Assembly (NCBI GenBank): GCA_963785785.1
Contig: CAWAWI010000006.1
Coordinates: forward strand, 76,204 to 140,203
Reading direction: 5' to 3'
Length of the DNA stretch: 64,000 bases
Source of the DNA: an uncultured Solirubrobacterales bacterium
Lineage (GTDB): Bacteria; Actinomycetota; Thermoleophilia; Solirubrobacterales; Solirubrobacteraceae
Numbering within the stretch: position 1 is the first letter of the stretch; each line of letters begins with the position of its first letter. The notes beneath the pieces were generated by a model. It saw nothing but the letters and a program-made list of their open reading frames with translations, was not told the DNA's origin and did no database searches. Below, in pieces: positions 58,957-64,000 of the stretch. The position numbers and the translations under genes were made by a program.

Positions 58957-61476
58957 GTGAGACCGTCAAATGCCTTGCACCTCTACCGCGTACGCCTGCG
59001 GGCGCGGTTCTGGCAGGAGTGCTTCGCGGTCGTGGGGATCGCGGCCGGGGTTGCCCTGCTGTTTTCCTCGCAAGTCGCGAACACGAGCCTGCAGAGCTCC
59101 GTGAGCCAGCTCTCGCGGGGGATCGCCGGCGACGCGACCCTGCAGCTGCTGGCGCGCGACCCACACGGCTTTCCGGAAAGCACGCTCGCGCGCGTGCGTC
59201 GCATCCCCGGCGTGCGCGTCGCGGCGCCGGTGCTGGAAGCCGGCGCGAACGCGATCGGCCCGCAGGGCAGCGAGTCGGTGGTGCTCCTCGGAGCCGACTC
59301 GAGCCTGTCAGAGCTCGGCGGAGCGCTCGTGCGGGGCACGGACCTCAGGCCCTTCGGAGGGATCGGCGCGGTCGTGTTGCCGGCTCCGATCTCGAGGGCC
59401 ATCGGCGTGAGCAGGTTCGGCCAGGAAGTCATCTTCCAGCTCGCCGGACACACGACCGAGGCGCCCCTTTACGCACAGCTTCACGAGCGGCAGATCGGGG
59501 CGTTGAGCCAGAGCGCCGTGGCGATCGCACCGCTGTCCTTCGCCCAGGAAATGACCGGCCTGTCCGCTCGTGTGAGTCGCATCCTCGTCCAGCCCGCCGC
59601 CGGCGCGGAAGCTCGGGTGAGGGCCAGCCTGCGGGCACTGGCCGGGGGGCGCCTGAACGTCGAGGCGATCGACTACGAAGAAAAGCTGTTCGCCAAGGCA
59701 GCCGCCGCGAGCAACCAGTCGACCGCGCTGTTCTCGGCGATCAGCGCTCTCGTCGGGTTCCTGTTCGCGTTCAACGCGATGCTCCTCACCGTTCCGCAAC
59801 GACGGCGGCTGGTCGTCGACCTGCGCCGTGACGGGTACACCCCCAGGACCGTGATCGCGGTCATGCTCCTCGACGGCGTCGTCCTGGGACTCGTCGCATG
59901 CGGGCTCGGATTGGCCCTCGGCGAGGAGCTCTCGATCCACCTCTTCCATTCCAATCCGGCGTTCCTCTCCCTGGCGTTCGCGGTGAGCTCGGCCCGAGAT
60001 GTGAGTCCGCAGAGCGTCGCGATCGCCGTGTGTGGAGGGATGCTCGCCGCGATCGTGGCGGTGCTCAGCCCGTTGCGGGACATCCTCTCCCGCGACCCGC
60101 TCGCCGCGATCGGCCCGCGCGAGAGCTCCGGCGGCGCTCGCGTGAGGGAGCGAATGGCGTTCGCCGGCCTGGCCTGTCTGTGCGCAGCCACGGCGATCCT
60201 GCTCGCCGCGCCCGACGCGGCGATCCCGGGAATGGTGCTGCTCGTCGGGGCGCTTGTGCTGGAGCTGCCGCTCGCACTCGGCGTGACCCTCGCGCTTCTC
60301 AGCAGGCTCGCGCGCACGGTCACAGGGGTCGTCCCCCACGTCGCGGCGATGGAGCTGAGCGCCGCCGGCGCCCGAGCGATCGCGATCGCGGCGACCGGTG
60401 CGGTCGCGATCTTTGGCAGCGTGGCGATCCAGGGAGCTCACGGGGACCTCTTGAAGGGCCTTGAAAAGGCGGCCCGGGAAACGAACGCATCCACCGACGT
60501 GTGGGTCTCTCCCGCCGGCTCCTACAACCTGCTCGACACGACCCCGTTCGCGCCGGTCCAGAAGGCCAGGCTCGAACAGCTCGGGGGCGTGCGCGCCGTC
60601 GGCCTCTACCGCGGCGGCCTGCTGGACTGGGGCGAGCGCCGCGTGCTGGTGATGGCGCCACCCCGCCAGGCCGCCCCGCTGCTGCCCTCAGGCCAGCTCG
60701 TGCAGGGCAACCCGCGCGAGGCGACCGCACGCGTGCACGCCGGCGGCTGGCTCGTGCTCTCGCAGGCCCTCGCCTCCGAACACCACCTGCACATCGGCCA
60801 GGCGTTCACGCTGCCGACCCCCTACCCGACGGGGTTCCGCCTGGCGGCGACGTCCACCAACCTCGGCTGGGCCCCCGGTGCGATCGTGATGAATGCCTCG
60901 GACTATGCACGTGCCTGGGAAAGCGCCGACGTGAGCGCCTACAGCATCCTGCTCGCTCCCGGCGTCTCGCCCACCCAGGGCGTGCGCGAGATCGAACGCG
61001 CTCTCGGCCCGCACTCGGGGTTCGCTGTGAAGACGGCCGCGACGCGTGCCGCCCAGCAGAGCGACCTCAGCCGCCAGGCCCTCTCGCGCCTGACCCAGAT
61101 AGCGGTCCTGATCCCGATCGCTGCGGTGCTGGCGATGGCCGCGGCGCTGGGTGCGATGATCTGGCAGCGCCGCCCGCGCCTGGCCAAGCTCAAGCTGGAG
61201 GGGCTTCCCCGAGTCGAGCTGTGGCAGACGATCCTGCTCGAGAGCCTTTTGCTGCTCGGGGTCGGCTGCCTGACGGGTGCGATCTTCGGCCTCTACGGCC
61301 AGCAGCTGGCCGACCGGGCGCTGGCGAACACGATCAACTTCCCCGTCGTGCACTCGGTCACCGCCGTGACGGCGCTGAGCAGCCTGGCGCTGATGACCGC
61401 CACCGCCCTTGCGATCCTCGCGATTCCCGGCTACCTGGCCGCGTCCGTGCCGGCGGCGCTGGCGCTGCAGGACTGA
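58957..61476 (+). CDS. FtsX/MacB-like ABC permease with duplicated architecture
   Basis: GIAAGVAL, large extracytoplasmic loops, QRRR..LR..G and QRRP..LK..G motifs. Confidence 0.88.
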   Translation: MRPSNALHLYRVRLRARFWQECFAVVGIAAGVALLFSSQVANTSLQSSVSQLSRGIAGDATLQLLARDPHGFPESTLARVRRIPGVRVAAPVLEAGANAIGPQGSESVVLLGADSSLSELGGALVRGTDLRPFGGIGAVVLPAPISRAIGVSRFGQEVIFQLAGHTTEAPLYAQLHERQIGALSQSAVAIAPLSFAQEMTGLSARVSRILVQPAAGAEARVRASLRALAGGRLNVEAIDYEEKLFAKAAAASNQSTALFSAISALVGFLFAFNAMLLTVPQRRRLVVDLRRDGYTPRTVIAVMLLDGVVLGLVACGLGLALGEELSIHLFHSNPAFLSLAFAVSSARDVSPQSVAIAVCGGMLAAIVAVLSPLRDILSRDPLAAIGPRESSGGARVRERMAFAGLACLCAATAILLAAPDAAIPGMVLLVGALVLELPLALGVTLALLSRLARTVTGVVPHVAAMELSAAGARAIAIAATGAVAIFGSVAIQGAHGDLLKGLEKAARETNASTDVWVSPAGSYNLLDTTPFAPVQKARLEQLGGVRAVGLYRGGLLDWGERRVLVMAPPRQAAPLLPSGQLVQGNPREATARVHAGGWLVLSQALASEHHLHIGQAFTLPTPYPTGFRLAATSTNLGWAPGAIVMNASDYARAWESADVSAYSILLAPGVSPTQGVREIERALGPHSGFAVKTAATRAAQQSDLSRQALSRLTQIAVLIPIAAVLAMAAALGAMIWQRRPRLAKLKLEGLPRVELWQTILLESLLLLGVGCLTGAIFGLYGQQLADRALANTINFPVVHSVTAVTALSSLALMTATALAILAIPGYLAASVPAALALQD

Positions 61477-61491
61477 CCGACCATCGACACC

Positions 61492-62082
61492 ATGGACCGT
61501 CGCCCGTACAACAAGGTGGTGCGCAAGCAGGCCCAAGAGCGCACCCGGGACGCGCTCCTGGACGCCGCCACCGATGAGTTCATCGAGGGCCATTGGCTGA
61601 AGACCTCGCTCGAGTCGCTGTCGGCGAAAGCCGGAGTCACCAAGCAGACCCTCCTGCGCCACTTCGGCTCCAAGGACGGCCTGCTCCTGCAGGCGCTGAC
61701 CCGGAGCGCCGCACAGATCCGAGACCAGCGCTGGAGCTCTCCCACTGACGACGTCGCGGGCGCGGTCGAGAACCTGCTCGACCACTACGAAGCCTGGGGC
61801 GAGCGCTCGTTGCGGATCGGCGCCTGGCAGAGCGGACCCGCGATGCTCGCGATGATCGCGCGGGGGGCTCGCCAGGTTCACTACGAGTGGGTCGAGTACG
61901 CGTTCGCCCGGTGGCTCGAGGATCTCGACGTCGAGGCTCGCGAGCGCCGCCGGGCCGCGCTGATCGCGCTCTGTGACGTGCAGACCTGGTGGATCCTCTC
62001 CCATGACCTCGGCCTGCAGCGATCGGAGATCAACGCGATCCTCACCGACCTGATCGAGCGTCTCCTCTCGGAGGCGAAATGA
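61492..62082 (+). CDS. TetR/AcrR family regulator
   Basis: TRDALLDAA, LESLSAKAGVTKQTLLRHFGSKDGL. Confidence 0.9.
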   Translation: MDRRPYNKVVRKQAQERTRDALLDAATDEFIEGHWLKTSLESLSAKAGVTKQTLLRHFGSKDGLLLQALTRSAAQIRDQRWSSPTDDVAGAVENLLDHYEAWGERSLRIGAWQSGPAMLAMIARGARQVHYEWVEYAFARWLEDLDVEARERRRAALIALCDVQTWWILSHDLGLQRSEINAILTDLIERLLSEAK

Positions 62083-62159
62083 GAGTCTCGCGTCGTGGGG
62101 CGACCGACAGCCGGCGCTGAGCGTCGATCGACCAGCACGACCGGCCGCGGCGACGGGCC

Positions 62160-63779
62160 TTATTCGTCGGAGGCCCGCTCTTCGAGAGAAGACCCTGTGC
62201 GGCTCCGCCCGCGTGCTGGCGGCTGGGTGGCGGCCGGCGGTGTCTGTTCGCTCGCGGGGGTGCTCGGCTGGGTTTCGGAGGGTCCGGCCGGCGGCGTGGA
62301 TTCGCTGGGAGGCGTGGTTTCACCGGATGGCGGCGCCGGGGTGCCGCCGGTCGGCGATTCGGGCGTAGCCGCTTCGGGCGTGGGCGCCGGCGGAGCGGGG
62401 ATCGGTGCCGTTCCGTCGCTGGTTGCCGTGGTCGGCAGGACGGTGGTCTCGGTGGTGACCTGGGTCACGGGCGGGGCGGTCGGCTTCGGGGGCGCGGGAG
62501 CCGCGGGCTTGACCGGCGTGAGGGTGCTCGTAGGCGCCGTCGCCTTGGCGTCCGTGGTACTCGGCGTGACGGCGGGTCCGGTCTTCGCGAGCAGCCGCTC
62601 ATGGGCCGCGCGCAGGCGGGCGGCGGCTGCGATGACCGCGTGGCGTACGGTGGGGACGCTGGCTGGCTGGGGTCGCTGTCGGACGACCACCGGTTCGCTG
62701 CCCGGGGCGTGCAAGGCGGGCGTATAGGTGCGGGCGACGATCGCCTGATGGTGGTGGGAGGGCGTGCTCACGTGTCCGGCCTCGACGGCTCCGGCGGTGA
62801 CGATCGCCGCCGCGGCGAGCCCGGCGACGGCCTTCGTCGCGATCGCGCCGGCGCCCGCCGTGAGGATGCCGCCGGCGGTTCCTCCGGCTCCCGCGACGGC
62901 TCCGGCACCCGCGGTGGCGGTGGCGGCGGTCCCGGCGCCCGCGCCGACATGGGCGCCGCCCGCCGAGGCGGTCGAGCCGAGCTTGGCGAGGAGCATCTTC
63001 TTGGCCACCAGCAGGGCGCCGACGGGGAAGACTGCCGCGAGCGCCTGGTTGTTGGTCTTGAGCTGCTTCTTGAAGAACCGACAGCGCTCACAGCCGCGCA
63101 CGTGACGGCGGGCGGGAGCGCCCAGCTTGGTCAGGCCCTCGGCGGTTTCGCCGAGCTGCAGGCGCACTTCCTCACAGCTGAGCTCACGCGCCTCGGCGGC
63201 CTCGGCCAGGGAGATGCGGGCGCGCACGAGCAGGGACTTGACCGACGGCACGGTGGTCTCCATGGCGTCCGCGATCTGTTCGTAGGAGAGGGCGTCGATC
63301 TCGCGCAGGAGCAGCGCCGAGCGCTGGGTCTCGGGGAGCTCGTTGACGTCCCCGAGGAGCTGCCTGAAGCTCTCCCGGCGCATGACCCGCTCGCCCGTGG
63401 ACAGGCCGTTGTCGGCGAAGTGGACGTCCATCGAGTCCACGCCGATCGCCGAGGCCCGGCGGAGGTGGTTCAGGGAGCGGTTGCGGGCAATCCGGTACAG
63501 CCACGGCCTGACGTTGATCTCCCGGTCGTCGGCGAGGATCGCGTTGAAGGCGGCCGTGAACACCTCCTGCAGCACGTCCTCTGCGTCCTCGCGGGAACTC
63601 AGCATGTGCCGGCAGAACGCCAGCAGGCGGGACTGGTAGCGGGAGAACAGGACCTCGAAGGCGGCATGCTGGCCGCGGCGGGTGAGCGCGATCAGGCGCT
63701 CGTCGGACTGCAGCCGCAAAAGCGGCGAGGGACCACTCAGCCCCGGCATGCTCTTCTGTGTAAGTGCTGAGACCTCCAC
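62160..63779 (-). CDS. ECF sigma factor fused to zinc finger, TM-like segment and Pro/Thr-rich tail
   Basis: Region 2 DAEDVLQEVF..WLYRIARN; region 4 LPETQR..LSYEQIA..VKSLLVRAR; CEEVR..HVRGCERC; RBS GAAGGA. Confidence 0.9.
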   Translation of the reverse strand: MEVSALTQKSMPGLSGPSPLLRLQSDERLIALTRRGQHAAFEVLFSRYQSRLLAFCRHMLSSREDAEDVLQEVFTAAFNAILADDREINVRPWLYRIARNRSLNHLRRASAIGVDSMDVHFADNGLSTGERVMRRESFRQLLGDVNELPETQRSALLLREIDALSYEQIADAMETTVPSVKSLLVRARISLAEAAEARELSCEEVRLQLGETAEGLTKLGAPARRHVRGCERCRFFKKQLKTNNQALAAVFPVGALLVAKKMLLAKLGSTASAGGAHVGAGAGTAATATAGAGAVAGAGGTAGGILTAGAGAIATKAVAGLAAAAIVTAGAVEAGHVSTPSHHHQAIVARTYTPALHAPGSEPVVVRQRPQPASVPTVRHAVIAAAARLRAAHERLLAKTGPAVTPSTTDAKATAPTSTLTPVKPAAPAPPKPTAPPVTQVTTETTVLPTTATSDGTAPIPAPPAPTPEAATPESPTGGTPAPPSGETTPPSESTPPAGPSETQPSTPASEQTPPAATQPPARGRSRTGSSLEERASDE

Positions 63780-63895
63780 GGCGTCCTTCGGTCCCCTTCA
63801 GCTAGCTGTTCTGCTCCATATGACACGGTATCAGCAGGGAAGTTGCGCTCAGAGGACCGGGGGTCGCGGTCAGAGCTGCTAGATAGGATCGCTGC

Positions 63896-63979
63896 GCCCG
63901 GGTGGACAAACTGGAAAAGTCAGCGGACTTAAAATCCGCCGCCCGCAAGGGCTTGCGGGTTCGAATCCCGCCCCGGGCA
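63896..63979 (+). tRNA. tRNA-Leu(TAA)
   Basis: GCCCGGG/CCCGGGC acceptor, GCGGA-CTTAAAA-TCCGC anticodon arm, long variable arm GCCCGCAAGGGC, GGTTCGAATCC; -10 TAGGAT upstream. Confidence 0.95.
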
Positions 63980-64000
63980 CCTGCTGTCGCGGGGCAACTC

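Overview
This is a very GC-rich bacterial chromosomal window. Gene content and style suggest a deep-branching actinobacterium of the Thermoleophilia/Solirubrobacterales type, which is an inference. It is mostly core genome: large (Alu-domain) SRP RNA, dnaX-ybaB-recR, aspartokinase, a type E succinate dehydrogenase (sdhA-sdhB-HdrB-like subunit), icd-mdh, rsmI-metG-tatD-rsmA-ispE, tRNA-Gln-glmU-prs-rplY-pth-mfd-prsA-like-eno-ftsB-like, csrA, three tRNAs, a secreted-protein/ABC-transporter cluster and a zinc-finger-fused ECF sigma factor. I found no integrase, transposase, cas gene or CRISPR array. The most unusual signals are non-coding. (1) Two arrays of abutting, perfect 22-24 bp palindromes sit on a ~24 bp period, with a shared CATG centre but different arms (10731-10827, 38828-38898). 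Both start with the same 24-mer and lie just upstream of a probable leaderless promoter. (2) A 17-bp tandem repeat encodes a chain of ATGA-overlapped mini-ORFs linking rsmA to ispE, and a 27-aa ORF links icd to mdh the same way. (3) A dispersed TCCCAA..GGG-(CG)n hairpin element also occurs in frame inside housekeeping genes. (4) Many unrelated tandem repeats start at stop codons or lie in frame in core proteins. Start codons were refined by eye and product calls rest on recognised motifs, not database searches.
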